Virus record (IMG/VR): IMGVR_UViG_3300028844_008248
From: a virus
Direction: 5' to 3' (one strand)
Length of the DNA: 64,000 nt
Shown here piece by piece: positions 9,736 to 18,483 of this stretch. The position numbers and the translations under genes were made by a program. Position 1 is the stretch's first letter; the number at the start of each line of letters is the position of its first letter. The notes under the pieces are model-generated. The model saw only the letters and a program-made list of their open reading frames with translations, searched no databases and was not told the origin of the DNA.

Positions 9736-9966
9736 TCACATAAAATCGATGTTGTCAATCTTTTTTATATATTTTTCATTTGTTTTGTACATGTCAATAC
9801 AACCGTATCCAATATAAATACCAGCTAAGACATTAACTAGACAAATCCAATAATTACCTATAATTAACAGAATTATAGCCGACACAAAATTAGCGGAAGC
9901 TAAAGCAATACAAATAGTGTACTCCAATAAATATTTCATTTCATTAATTCTCTTTCTTTCAACCAA
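9736..9966 (-). CDS. Small membrane protein, 76 aa (early)
   Basis: Hydrophobic ORF, early cluster. Confidence 0.4.
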   Translation of the reverse strand: MVERKRINEMKYLLEYTICIALASANFVSAIILLIIGNYWICLVNVLAGIYIGYGCIDMYKTNEKYIKKIDNIDFM

Positions 9967-10253
9967 TCTTTTGCAAACGTTACTGGATCGCCATCATATT
10001 GTTCAGTAGCGATTTTTTGTAAAATCACAATCGCCTGTCGTCCATAAAAACTAATCATATGTTCCCTATCCTTTGTATTATAGCGTTCCATAGTTTTCTG
10101 TCTTCGTTCTTCTACAGAATCAGGATGGTGTTGTTTACAATATCCATCTTTAACATGTTTACGTTTGCATTGTGCAACTCTACCCCAATTCCCCCAAGCG
10201 ACCTCTTCTTTACATTGTTCCGGGTTTATTTTGAAAACTGATTTATTATACAT
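9936..10253 (-). CDS. Hypothetical early protein, 105 aa (Cys/His-containing)
   Basis: ORF in early cluster. Confidence 0.45.
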   Translation of the reverse strand: MYNKSVFKINPEQCKEEVAWGNWGRVAQCKRKHVKDGYCKQHHPDSVEERRQKTMERYNTKDREHMISFYGRQAIVILQKIATEQYDGDPVTFAKDWLKERELMK

Positions 10254-10440
10254 GTTTAGTATCTCCTATTGTATTGGAACACCCATCGGAGTCTTTATCA
10301 GTCTCACCAAACAAATCATAATTGTTTAGCACCTTGTCCAGATTCTTTTCAGTGATATCAACATCACACGGAGTAACTGGATTTTCGATGATCTCTTTTA
10401 GTTCGCCATTCTTTCCGAATACTTTTACTCGATGTGCCAT
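10246..10440 (-). CDS. Hypothetical early protein, 64 aa
   Basis: ORF in early cluster. Confidence 0.35.
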   Translation of the reverse strand: MAHRVKVFGKNGELKEIIENPVTPCDVDITEKNLDKVLNNYDLFGETDKDSDGCSNTIGDTKHV

Positions 10441-10647
10441 TATTCGATATCTCCAAATTGCATTTCATCATTCCAGTCATCTTCCCCGATCTCGATATCT
10501 TGGAATTCTTCATCCGAAGGTTCATCACCCATCAATTCCACTTCGATCAAGTCCGGTAAAATGTCCGATTCGTTTGCTTCGTTTAATACTTGTGCTAGAG
10601 TCTTTTCCATCAGTTGGTCTCCAATTAATGTCCGGTTAAATGTTTGG

Positions 10648-11007
10648 TTATCTCATGTAGAAGATGTGATATCCATGTCTGTCGATAGCTTCTTCTCCAT
10701 GCTGGTCGGAAAGAATATTTCCCCTTGCATGTTTCGCTGGTACTTTCCATGATGCGGCTTTGTAAACATTTCCGTTATCAAGATCAACAAACGAATGGAC
10801 CGAACCAGAAATATTAATTTTTGCATATCGTCTACCCATACTCAGATTCATTTCTTCAATTCGAATCTGATTCTCGTAACCCATTCGATTCATATATTCA
10901 AGGTATCGGCGTTTGATCATCTCGAAATAATGGTCCAGATTTTCGGCTACTTGATTTCGCAGTTCCATTTCTTGATCTCCTGAAGAATGTGAGTTGTTAT
11001 CAATCAT
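10648..11007 (-). CDS. Hypothetical early protein (likely true start at second Met, about 10968, after AGGAGA)
   Basis: Early promoter at 11014-11041 (minus); SD AGGAGA precedes internal ATG. Confidence 0.45.
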   Translation of the reverse strand: MIDNNSHSSGDQEMELRNQVAENLDHYFEMIKRRYLEYMNRMGYENQIRIEEMNLSMGRRYAKINISGSVHSFVDLDNGNVYKAASWKVPAKHARGNILSDQHGEEAIDRHGYHIFYMR

Positions 11008-11013
11008 GTAAAC

Positions 11014-11041
11014 AGTATATCAGAGTTTTATTCGATGTCAA
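11014..11041 (-). promoter_or_regulatory. Early sigma70-type promoter TTGACA-N16-TATACT (minus strand)
   Basis: plus-strand agtata…tgtcaa; member of conserved promoter family (gtataccagagttttattcgatgtcaag). Confidence 0.65.
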
Positions 11042-11379
11042 GCAGATTCGTCAATAAAATCATGTTTAATTCGTGAAAATCTACCGTATATTTTCGGGCT
11101 TGGTCTTTCAGAGTGCTTTTTCTCTTCACCAGTGACTTTATCAAGCGTTACGAACCATACATCTTTATCAAATTTTCTATTAGATTCTTGTCTGAACAGG
11201 ATATATTTATCATTGACACCAACAGCAACTCCACCCATATTTCCGGCTCGAACACCATCAACCATCTGGATTGTCCAGACTAGCTTGGGATCGCCGTATA
11301 CGAACAGTTCCGTACCTTGATAAAGAAGTTCGTATTTGTCTTTGAGTTTGATTATTTTCTTTGGTTTCGTGTCATTCAT
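11038..11379 (-). CDS. Hypothetical early protein, 113 aa (possibly leaderless)
   Basis: ATG 8 nt downstream of -10 box of promoter 11387-11413. Confidence 0.45.
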   Translation of the reverse strand: MNDTKPKKIIKLKDKYELLYQGTELFVYGDPKLVWTIQMVDGVRAGNMGGVAVGVNDKYILFRQESNRKFDKDVWFVTLDKVTGEEKKHSERPSPKIYGRFSRIKHDFIDESA

Positions 11380-11386
11380 AAGTAAA

Positions 11387-11413
11387 GTATACCAGAGTTT
11401 TATTCGATGTCAA
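11387..11413 (-). promoter_or_regulatory. Early promoter TTGACA-N15-TATACT (minus)
   Basis: agtataccagagttttattcgatgtcaa. Confidence 0.65.
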
Positions 11414-11433
11414 CATTTATTTTTTATATAGAT

Positions 11434-11838
11434 TTACACCATCTTGCAATCTGTGTGTTTGGTGATTTGATCGGCAATCCAATCTGCATGTATGGCAATC
11501 GATTCAGGAGTTGCCAATCCATAATCCTCTGTTGGGTTTCCCTTGGTATCTTTCAAATTGATTTTTCGAACGCCAGCATGACAAACTTTATTATTTTGTC
11601 TAGAGGAACTTAATGGACAATTAGCACACATGGTAGACATTGGAGAAATTTCAGTACTGGCATCACACATAAAGCAATTATAATAATCTTTTGGTGGGAA
11701 TTTACTAAACCTTGCTGTGAATGAATCATTGAAATATGCCTGTCTTGTTTTATCATCCATCTCTGCCATTCTATCCAACTGTTCGAGATGTTGTTCATAG
11801 AAATCCCGCATTGCTTTTGTTGTTTCAATCAATTTCAT
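11434..11838 (-). CDS. Cys-rich (zinc-finger-like) early protein, 134 aa
   Basis: C-x2-C … C-x2-C pattern (CFMCDAS…MCANCPLS). Confidence 0.45.
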   Translation of the reverse strand: MKLIETTKAMRDFYEQHLEQLDRMAEMDDKTRQAYFNDSFTARFSKFPPKDYYNCFMCDASTEISPMSTMCANCPLSSSRQNNKVCHAGVRKINLKDTKGNPTEDYGLATPESIAIHADWIADQITKHTDCKMV

Positions 11839-12134
11839 TTAGTTCTCCCAAATCTATTCGGAAACATAATAGAATCCATATCAGATGTTGATATTTGTTT
11901 AAATTCTAATCCCAATCTACATATAGCCTGTTCGGTCAATTTCTGTTCATTACATGGACTTGGCCTGTCGTTTGGTTTTTGTTTTTCCATCAATACATTA
12001 TGACTGTTGACAATTTCCCGTGCAACGAAATGGTCAACGTCTTTCGCAACAACAGCACCATTTGAGTCAATAATACTACACCGTCCAAATTCATTGTTTG
12101 TTACCCATGCCCAATTACCTGTTCGTATCGTCAT
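11835..12134 (-). CDS. Hypothetical early protein, 99 aa
   Basis: ORF, overlapping start/stop with neighbour. Confidence 0.4.
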   Translation of the reverse strand: MTIRTGNWAWVTNNEFGRCSIIDSNGAVVAKDVDHFVAREIVNSHNVLMEKQKPNDRPSPCNEQKLTEQAICRLGLEFKQISTSDMDSIMFPNRFGRTK

Positions 12135-12143
12135 GATATATTC

Positions 12144-12341
12144 CTATTCATCACAAGTAGAACACACTGGTTCACCATTTTCATTAAAATTACAATCTAT
12201 TTCTAACTCACCACATTCAAAACATTCCCAATATTTATCAAGACATTTCACACAAACAAATCCTGATAATTCATTATTGTATGTAATATCATCAGGATTT
12301 TGATTGCCACAATCAATACATTGGTCGTTTTCCATAATCAA
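12144..12341 (-). CDS. Zinc-ribbon protein, 65 aa
   Basis: CIDCGN…CVKCLD…CFECGE…CSTC four CxxC pairs. Confidence 0.45.
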   Translation of the reverse strand: MIMENDQCIDCGNQNPDDITYNNELSGFVCVKCLDKYWECFECGELEIDCNFNENGEPVCSTCDE

Positions 12342-12586
12342 TTCTCCTTCTTTTTTTCATATTCGTATTTTTCGATTTCTCTACCTGTTACCTTTCGACC
12401 TAATATTTCTTCGAGTAGTTCCCAAGCTTTGTTCAGTATCAGAACTTCTTTACAAATCTCTGCTGAAGTTGCTTTGTCGTCATTACATAGGCTTTCTGGA
12501 TTTAGTCGTTTCTTTACTTCGACAAATGTATCGAGTATTTCATCATCAGTAGCTGGTAAAGTGATAAACAATTTCTTCATCATCAT
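12338..12586 (-). CDS. Hypothetical early protein, 82 aa
   Basis: ORF. Confidence 0.4.
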   Translation of the reverse strand: MMMKKLFITLPATDDEILDTFVEVKKRLNPESLCNDDKATSAEICKEVLILNKAWELLEEILGRKVTGREIEKYEYEKKKEN

Positions 12587-12852
12587 TATCCTTTCAAGAA
12601 TTTGGGAGCATTCTTAACAGTCCCATCAGGATTGATACAAATTGATCCAGCACGTTTTACAAAATTAGTGTCACCAATAAACTTAGAAACGGATGCGGTA
12701 ATTCGCCCATCGTCTTTTTCATCACCAACTTCAAACAGGTATCGATTTCCCTTAACATCCTTCCAAACATTGGTGCAACCAGAGTTAGCATAACATTTGT
12801 CTTGCATTTTTCGAAGAGTATCTCCTGCTTTTGCAGTACATGACCAGCCCAT
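12586..12852 (-). CDS. Hypothetical early protein, 88 aa
   Basis: SD GGAG 8 nt upstream; promoter 12899-12926. Confidence 0.45.
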   Translation of the reverse strand: MGWSCTAKAGDTLRKMQDKCYANSGCTNVWKDVKGNRYLFEVGDEKDDGRITASVSKFIGDTNFVKRAGSICINPDGTVKNAPKFLKG

Positions 12853-12898
12853 GATTTATATCTCCTTAGTGATGGTTAACATTTAATCTTATATATAC

Positions 12899-12926
12899 AT
12901 AATACTAGAATAAAATCAAATGTCAA
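12899..12926 (-). promoter_or_regulatory. Early promoter TTGACA-N16-TATTAT (minus)
   Basis: ataatactagaataaaatcaaatgtcaa. Confidence 0.55.
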
Positions 12927-12934
12927 GAGAAAAC

Positions 12935-13312
12935 TTATGATTCGAATTTCTTTAACATCTTTAACGCTTCGGATTCACTACCAAGCATAACTTCATCCAT
13001 GATAGCTTGTTTGGCAGTTTTCATCTGCTTCATTTTTTTGTGGTATTCTGGTTCGAATCCGGCTTCCTGTTCGTATGCAGAAAAATCCCAAACATCCTCT
13101 AATGGAACAGAAAAGCAATACGAGTCATCAAATATTTTATTAATCTTTTTGTTGCTGTTCATTTTCACAGTGCCATTGCGAATCATGCGTATTTTCTGTT
13201 TTGCTGATAGTCTTTTTCTAGGGATTTGGTATTTCTTGTGCAATTCTCCTTCTTTTTTATCACAAATATAATATAGACGGTTTTTTAAATACTCCAATTG
13301 TGCTGGTTTCAT
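12935..13312 (-). CDS. Hypothetical early protein, 125 aa
   Basis: ORF. Confidence 0.45.
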   Translation of the reverse strand: MKPAQLEYLKNRLYYICDKKEGELHKKYQIPRKRLSAKQKIRMIRNGTVKMNSNKKINKIFDDSYCFSVPLEDVWDFSAYEQEAGFEPEYHKKMKQMKTAKQAIMDEVMLGSESEALKMLKKFES

Positions 13313-13326
13313 AATATAATCTCCTG

Positions 13327-13800
13327 TTAAAAGTCATAAATTAATTCATATCCAAGTGCATTTACTTCGGCAATCAAATCAAGATCAATACATACACTGG
13401 TATGATGTTTCATATCATCAAAGTCGCCATCAACAGCTTTTTTGATATCATCAAGATAAATCTTTTGTGATTCTTCATTATAAGGTGCGTACTTGTACTC
13501 GTTTGTTTTTACGTCACTGTACAGCTTATAGATCGCCATTCCATTAAGCTTCGGATATAACTTGACCTGTGGATTGGTTTCGAGAAAAGATATCAACTTG
13601 AATAAATCATGGTCGCCAGAACAGATTTCAGTGCCACGTTTCCAGATGATTAAATCACCTTTTGACCATGACATATAATTCCATGCATACAGTCGTTGAA
13701 ATTTATATCCACGTTTCTTGAGTTTGGAGAAATCACCAGTGAATTTCACGTAACCGGGTCTTTTTTTAAAAGTCATATCGTAACCTTCTTTTCTTTTCAC
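13327..13800 (-). CDS. Hypothetical early protein, 157 aa
   Basis: ORF. Confidence 0.45.
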   Translation of the reverse strand: MKRKEGYDMTFKKRPGYVKFTGDFSKLKKRGYKFQRLYAWNYMSWSKGDLIIWKRGTEICSGDHDLFKLISFLETNPQVKLYPKLNGMAIYKLYSDVKTNEYKYAPYNEESQKIYLDDIKKAVDGDFDDMKHHTSVCIDLDLIAEVNALGYELIYDF

Positions 13801-14005
13801 ACTTATTTAATAATTCTCGTGCCTCAGACTCCAAAGCAAACGCTTCCTCAATAGATGTTCGACATGCCCACGAAAGCCTCAAAGACATCCGAGCCAACTG
13901 ATCACCAAGACTATCAGGCTCAGAACAATCCATGTAAATTAGTCGGGTTTTGATTTGTGATTGAAGAACAGCTAAATCAAGTATTTTATCACGAGTAGTT
14001 TTCAT
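13766..14005 (-). CDS. Hypothetical early protein, 79 aa
   Basis: ORF. Confidence 0.35.
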   Translation of the reverse strand: MKTTRDKILDLAVLQSQIKTRLIYMDCSEPDSLGDQLARMSLRLSWACRTSIEEAFALESEARELLNKCEKKRRLRYDF

Positions 14006-14008
14006 TGT

Positions 14009-14479
14009 TTACAGTACCTCAAGAACGTTTTTAATGAATTTGCCTCTTCCCCAATACTCATTGACAGGTTTCACCCCACGCTGATCGATAACCAAAGAAC
14101 CGTTTTCAACGACTTGAACATGTCGAGTAGTAGTAACAATGTAGGTCTTGGACGGATCAGCATGTTTAGTCATCCAAGTCTTTAACGATTTACGACCAGA
14201 CATCTCTACCTTCTTAACGGCAACATCAAGAAAATCCAGCATAAGAAGTCTTTCCGAATGGTAAGTACCGCCATCCCATCGTTCGGGCATATCAAAGAGA
14301 ATCTTAAAATCAGAAGTTACTACATCAAGTGACTTTTTAGCTACATACGCCATAGCCACAACTCCACAATTTCGTTTGTTCACTACCAATCCAAGTTCGT
14401 CCAGAGTGTCGGTAATTTTGGCTGTTGTCGTTTTCATCATCATCCTCAAAAGAATTAATATCATCATCAATATGTACAT
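14009..14479 (-). CDS. Hypothetical early protein, paralog family A (with 16593..17033)
   Basis: Shares …Y(I/L)V(T/V)TT.H.QVV..G..(V/A)DQ… and N-terminal Cys-containing segment with 16593..17033. Confidence 0.5.
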   Translation of the reverse strand: MYILMMILILLRMMMKTTTAKITDTLDELGLVVNKRNCGVVAMAYVAKKSLDVVTSDFKILFDMPERWDGGTYHSERLLMLDFLDVAVKKVEMSGRKSLKTWMTKHADPSKTYIVTTTRHVQVVENGSLVIDQRGVKPVNEYWGRGKFIKNVLEVL

Positions 14480-14507
14480 AGAATACCAGAATCTATGTGG
14501 ATGTCAA
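14480..14507 (-). promoter_or_regulatory. Early promoter TTGACA-N16-TATTCT (minus)
   Basis: agaataccagaatctatgtggatgtcaa. Confidence 0.5.
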
Positions 14508-14536
14508 GAGAAATCGTATATCATAATATAAAGTTA

Positions 14537-14968
14537 TTAATCTTTAAAATCACTTGGATCAGCAGTAACACCATATCCATCTTTGTATGTCCAGATGGGG
14601 ATATAAAAGTCTTCAATAAAGGAGTCACCAAATTCATCGTTACGAAAGGCATGAACAGACTCGTATCCATCGTATCGTCCAGCGAAACCAACTTCTAGGC
14701 TCATAACATCCACATTAGGACTAGCATGTATCGCCTTCATAGCATCGTTAACCATGTCCTGAACGTCTTTCTTGGAAAACTTGCTCAATGATTGTTCTTC
14801 ATTACCAGCAAACTTGATATTGACACCAGCACGATCATATAAATTACCATCACGATCAGATGCAACCAGATCAACACCACCAACAACAAACCCATAGGTC
14901 TTCTTAGCTCGTTTGTAGTGCTTACTTACAATCTTAGCAACCGCTTGTTTGATAGGTGAGTATTTCAT
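14537..14968 (-). CDS. Hypothetical early protein, 143 aa
   Basis: ORF, promoter 15010-15037. Confidence 0.45.
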   Translation of the reverse strand: MKYSPIKQAVAKIVSKHYKRAKKTYGFVVGGVDLVASDRDGNLYDRAGVNIKFAGNEEQSLSKFSKKDVQDMVNDAMKAIHASPNVDVMSLEVGFAGRYDGYESVHAFRNDEFGDSFIEDFYIPIWTYKDGYGVTADPSDFKD

Positions 14969-15009
14969 CAGTTATAATCTCCAATTAATAGAATCATTAA
15001 CAACAAGAG

Positions 15010-15037
15010 CAGTATACCAGAATCTATGTGGATGTCA
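15010..15037 (-). promoter_or_regulatory. Early promoter TTGACA-N16-TATACT (minus)
   Basis: agtataccagaatctatgtggatgtcaa. Confidence 0.6.
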
Positions 15038-15671
15038 AGGCATTTTCTTCAAAATATCCACTTACATATCCATGACTATTAACGACCAAACGTAGAACAG
15101 CAGAGTTACTATGATCATACAAAATCTTATCAGCACTAGACAAAGATATCGGAACCCACTGTCCAAAGGCTTCGATATGAATTTTGTAATCATATTTGAT
15201 ATAACGATCAACCACATATTTCATATCAGCACGATCCTGAAACACAATAGGATTTGTCATTACAATAGGATTTCCGGGGGCAACAATCTGAAACTCAGAA
15301 CAAATAACAGTTCCGGGTGGGCATTGTCCAATTGTCCAAGACGTTTTCGATCCGTATTCAGTAAAATATAAAACAGTTTTCTTTGACTTGCGTATATCTA
15401 CTTCATAGGCAACAATATTTGATTGTTCCTTATTAGACAAAGTAGGCGCAATCAGGTTATAGAACAAACACAAATGATCAATACTCTTGAATGCTGTAAA
15501 CGGTCCACAACCATCAGCAGGTGTCACAATGTATTTCGGATCGTACACCAGTTCGTTCCAAGTTGAAATTGGTCCAAGTTTATTATTAGGTAATTTTCTA
15601 AATAATTTGTATGCTTTCATATGTATGTCTCCTTTAATTATTAATGATCGAGAACAGCATAATAACGACAT
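15024..15671 (-). CDS. Hypothetical early protein, 215 aa
   Basis: ORF. Confidence 0.45.
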   Translation of the reverse strand: MSLLCCSRSLIIKGDIHMKAYKLFRKLPNNKLGPISTWNELVYDPKYIVTPADGCGPFTAFKSIDHLCLFYNLIAPTLSNKEQSNIVAYEVDIRKSKKTVLYFTEYGSKTSWTIGQCPPGTVICSEFQIVAPGNPIVMTNPIVFQDRADMKYVVDRYIKYDYKIHIEAFGQWVPISLSSADKILYDHSNSAVLRLVVNSHGYVSGYFEENALTST

Positions 15672-15973
15672 ATATGAAAATTATGTTGTTCTTTTTTTCG
15701 GCCCTCTAGAACATCCATCGAACCACGTTCAGGAAACGAACTCCAACCACTTGCAAAATTTGACATAGCAACACTCTTGGAAACGGCAGTATCATGCCAG
15801 TCAAAATACGGGTCATCACGAAAAATATCATCCAGAAATTCTTCCAGTTCTTCGTCACCTTCGTATATGTTCATCCATTTATCAAACATGATACTCCCAA
15901 TAAGATCGATCAGACATGTTATTATCAGCAACAGCACAAGACCGATGTGCCAGTTCGATATAATCAAGATCAC
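15641..15973 (-). CDS. Hypothetical acidic early protein (probable true start ATG at 15889 after GGGAG)
   Basis: ORF-track N-terminus overlaps upstream gene; internal Met with SD. Confidence 0.4.
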   Translation of the reverse strand: MILIISNWHIGLVLLLIITCLIDLIGSIMFDKWMNIYEGDEELEEFLDDIFRDDPYFDWHDTAVSKSVAMSNFASGWSSFPERGSMDVLEGRKKEQHNFHICRYYAVLDH

Positions 15974-16064
15974 CTTCTATATCCAGTACAATATGATCAG
16001 CAACCATATCAGAGGAATACATATAATCCAGAATAGCGGAACCACAAAGCGCACAATAAGTCAT
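15882..16064 (-). CDS. Small Cys-containing early protein, 60 aa
   Basis: SD GGAG upstream of ATG; downstream of promoter 16118-16145. Confidence 0.45.
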   Translation of the reverse strand: MTYCALCGSAILDYMYSSDMVADHIVLDIEGDLDYIELAHRSCAVADNNMSDRSYWEYHV

Positions 16065-16117
16065 GAGAGTTTCTCCGTGAAAATAGGTTATCTAAACAAC
16101 ATCATCAAAACAAGATC

Positions 16118-16145
16118 AGTATACCAGAATCCAAATGGATGTCAA
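16118..16145 (-). promoter_or_regulatory. Early promoter TTGACA-N16-TATACT (minus)
   Basis: agtataccagaatccaaatggatgtcaa. Confidence 0.6.
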
Positions 16146-16417
16146 GAGAAATCGTATATATCATAATCAACAACAATTTCATAGTCGTCATTATCTTCTA
16201 GTTCAAGATTTAACTGCATCTTCAAATACTTGTCACTTAATACTCGTTCTCCACAGTGGTATGCATGACAAGAAACCTTCGAATAAAAATCATATAGTTC
16301 ATTTGTTTTAATATGGGGGGTCCAACTTGGAAGTGTGGCTCGGTCTTGGTCTCGTAACATTTTGTCGTGTGCGATTGCTGTTGTATCGTAATTATATAAC
16401 ATCATCATTGCCTCCAA
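16142..16417 (-). CDS. Hypothetical early protein, 91 aa
   Basis: ORF. Confidence 0.4.
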   Translation of the reverse strand: MEAMMMLYNYDTTAIAHDKMLRDQDRATLPSWTPHIKTNELYDFYSKVSCHAYHCGERVLSDKYLKMQLNLELEDNDDYEIVVDYDIYDFS

Positions 16418-16575
16418 ATGAGTTTGAATGATTCACACTGAAGATCACGAAAGGTATCATAACCATATTTCGCAATCAACTTTTCACGGTATTCATTGTA
16501 AGAGTTATGAGTATATTCACCAATTAACAGCGTATAAAGCGTTTCGATTTCTACTTGTCGTTTAATAAACATGTT
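16408..16575 (-). CDS. Unlisted small ORF, about 55 aa (MFIKRQVEIETLYTLLIGEY…)
   Basis: Read from sequence; GAGG SD 6 nt upstream of ATG; fills gap between annotated ORFs. Confidence 0.35.
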
Positions 16576-16592
16576 GTTCCTCTCTATATATA

Positions 16593-17033
16593 TTAGACAA
16601 TTTCAAAGATATGTACGAGTTTCTTGTTACGTCCATTATAATCAGATATTACAGAAGTATTATTTTGATCAGCAACAATTCCTGATTGAACAACCTGTGC
16701 ATGGCCCGTAGTAACAACAAGATATTTCTTGTTCGGATCAGCTTCACACATAGCCCATTTTTTAAGTGTGTTATTGCGAAAGAACCAACTACGGGATTCA
16801 TGTTTGATATTGAAGTGTTTCATCAATTCCAGTAGCAAGTTCATAGAAACCGATCCTTTCCAGTTACCACGTTTGTTTCCAAGCTTTTTACATACATTCG
16901 TTACATGATTAATAGGAGTTTTCGTAATAATGGCAACAGAAGCCAAAGCACAATTTCCTTGCCCACCAAAAACTCCAAGATTTTCTTTCAACACATGCAT
17001 ATCATCAATTGCTAATGTATTTTCAACATTCAT
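16593..17033 (-). CDS. Hypothetical early protein, paralog family A (with 14009..14479)
   Basis: see 14009..14479. Confidence 0.5.
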   Translation of the reverse strand: MNVENTLAIDDMHVLKENLGVFGGQGNCALASVAIITKTPINHVTNVCKKLGNKRGNWKGSVSMNLLLELMKHFNIKHESRSWFFRNNTLKKWAMCEADPNKKYLVVTTGHAQVVQSGIVADQNNTSVISDYNGRNKKLVHIFEIV

Positions 17034-17425
17034 TATTTTTGATCTCCTTCCATTCTGAAATTAACTTGATCAGCAACAAACTTCTCATAACCAGCAACAG
17101 AAACTTCGTATCCACCATCACGCAACCATTTTTTGATACTATCAGCAACATAACCTTTGGATTTAAGAATGCCGTGAGGAGATTCACCAGCATCATATCG
17201 CTCGAAGTATTCAGCCGGAGAAAAGTTTTTGATTAGGAAAGAAAGAAATCCGGGTTTGTTGGACCTCATGTGTTTGAACCGGGCAACAAATTTGTCACCG
17301 TACATCAGATATCCACCATGATAGTTGAAGTTTTTTCGGTCAAATTTCATCGTGTTTTGATCTCCTGTAGTTGAATCGTTATCAATCATGTTCAACAAGT
17401 ATACCAGAGTTTTATTCGATGTCAA
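17033..17425 (-). CDS. Hypothetical early protein (true start probably 17350 or 17389; ORF-track N-terminus lies inside the promoter)
   Basis: Promoter -10 at 17399-17404 lies within ORF-track N-terminus; AGGAGA SD before ATG at 17350. Confidence 0.45.
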   Translation of the reverse strand: MTSNKTLVYLLNMIDNDSTTGDQNTMKFDRKNFNYHGGYLMYGDKFVARFKHMRSNKPGFLSFLIKNFSPAEYFERYDAGESPHGILKSKGYVADSIKKWLRDGGYEVSVAGYEKFVADQVNFRMEGDQK

Positions 17426-17426
17426 G
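17399..17426 (-). promoter_or_regulatory. Early promoter TTGACA-N16-TATACT (minus)
   Basis: agtataccagagttttattcgatgtcaa. Confidence 0.65.
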
Positions 17427-17624
17427 GTCTAAATCAATGCCCTGCATAATTTCTTTTTTCGTTCCACCAGAATATTTTGATCGCATATCAGAATGCTCTC
17501 TACTGGTCCATGCATTCCAGTATTTGGGTGGAACATTGTGATGACGATATATCGTAACGCCACGATAGAGATAGATGCCTGATTCGATTTTTTTAGCACT
17601 GTTTTTGTTTTTCATCATCGTCAT
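17412..17624 (-). CDS. Hypothetical early protein, 70 aa
   Basis: ORF; promoter at 17662-17689. Confidence 0.4.
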   Translation of the reverse strand: MTMMKNKNSAKKIESGIYLYRGVTIYRHHNVPPKYWNAWTSREHSDMRSKYSGGTKKEIMQGIDLDLDIE

Positions 17625-17661
17625 CTCTCATCATCCTCATCAAAAGAATTAATATGTACAT

Positions 17662-17689
17662 AGAATACCAGAATCCTAGAAGATGTCAA
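17662..17689 (-). promoter_or_regulatory. Early promoter TTGACA-N16-TATTCT (minus)
   Basis: agaataccagaatcctagaagatgtcaa. Confidence 0.5.
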
Positions 17690-17800
17690 GCAGAATCGGA
17701 GAATAATTCGGGGTTCAAAAAGTGCTACATTTTGTAGCATATTTATTTAATGGTCCAGAATAGTCGAAGTGGGTAAATGTGCTTGTTGATAGTGCATAGA

Positions 17801-17843
17801 GGAAATGACAGGAAATGACAGGTAATGACAGGTAATGACAGGA
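17801..17843. repeat. Tandem direct repeat 4 x 10 bp (aatgacagg[a/t])
   Basis: ggaaatgacaggaaatgacaggtaatgacaggtaatgacagg. Confidence 0.85.
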
Positions 17844-17897
17844 ATAGTCGAAGTTACCTATCCTTCCTCTGCAAAACCCGACTATTCTCAGAACTAC

Positions 17898-17950
17898 GCC
17901 CAAAATAACTCATAGCCCAAAATAACTCATAGCCCAAAATAACTCATCAC
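17898..17950. repeat. Tandem direct repeat 3 x 17 bp (cccaaaataactcatag)
   Basis: cccaaaataactcatagcccaaaataactcatagcccaaaataactcatcac. Confidence 0.85.
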
Positions 17951-18037
17951 GCCTAATTTAGCATATATATACCTGCTTTATCATAGATAGTCGGGTTTGT
18001 CAAGCTTTAAATGAAAGTTACGGGTGATAACTTTCAC

Positions 18038-18066
18038 TTGACACTGAACAACTCCTGTGATATACT
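18038..18066 (+). promoter_or_regulatory. Strong sigma70-type promoter on plus strand TTGACA-N17-TATACT with no downstream ORF (candidate sRNA promoter)
   Basis: cTTGACActgaacaactcctgtgaTATACT; downstream 200 nt lacks ORF, contains 15-bp inverted repeat. Confidence 0.5.
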
Positions 18067-18208
18067 GTAGGTTTATAGTTATGCATATACCAGAAACTGT
18101 GCGCTCCATTCCCATTATATATTATATATTCGAAGTTGTCAAGTGGAAATATTCGTGTAACATTAACTGTTAATGTAAATCTATGCTACGACTTAAACCT
18201 ACAGTATA
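18062..18208 (+). ncRNA. Candidate structured small RNA bounded by perfect 15-bp inverted repeat (tatactgtaggttta / taaacctacagtata)
   Basis: Transcription start predicted about 18073 from upstream promoter; IR arms 18062-18076 and 18194-18208; no ORF. Confidence 0.3.
18114..18142 (-). promoter_or_regulatory. Convergent sigma70-type promoter on minus strand TTGACA-N17-TATAAT facing the plus-strand promoter about 50 bp away
   Basis: minus strand cacTTGACAacttcgaatatataataTATAATggg. Confidence 0.5.
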
Positions 18209-18454
18209 GCACATAAAAACCATGATGTAAAGAAAATTCCGGCCTATTCTATGTGGCTTCCCTGTATGTGGTTGACCAACTCCGTAAATAACCGCACTTT
18301 GGCTCGATCAGTTTACGTGTGCTTATCTTACACTACATAGAATAGTCGGGTTTTTGGACCGCTATCAGAGACTCGAACTCTGAATTGTAACCCGGATTTA
18401 CAGAGCGTATCGATGCAAATCGTGTTATAGCGGATATTTTCACTATATTTTTAT

Positions 18455-18483
18455 ATACTATCACACATATTCGGGTTTGTCAA
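18455..18483 (-). promoter_or_regulatory. Promoter TTGACA-N17-TAGTAT (minus) firing into ORF-free region
   Basis: minus strand tcTTGACAaacccgaatatgtgtgaTAGTAT. Confidence 0.4.

Noticed and set aside
17801-17950. CRISPR array interpretation of the tandem repeats
   Set aside because: The repeats are directly abutting 10-bp and 17-bp units with no spacers and no cas genes; they are iteron or tandem-repeat type
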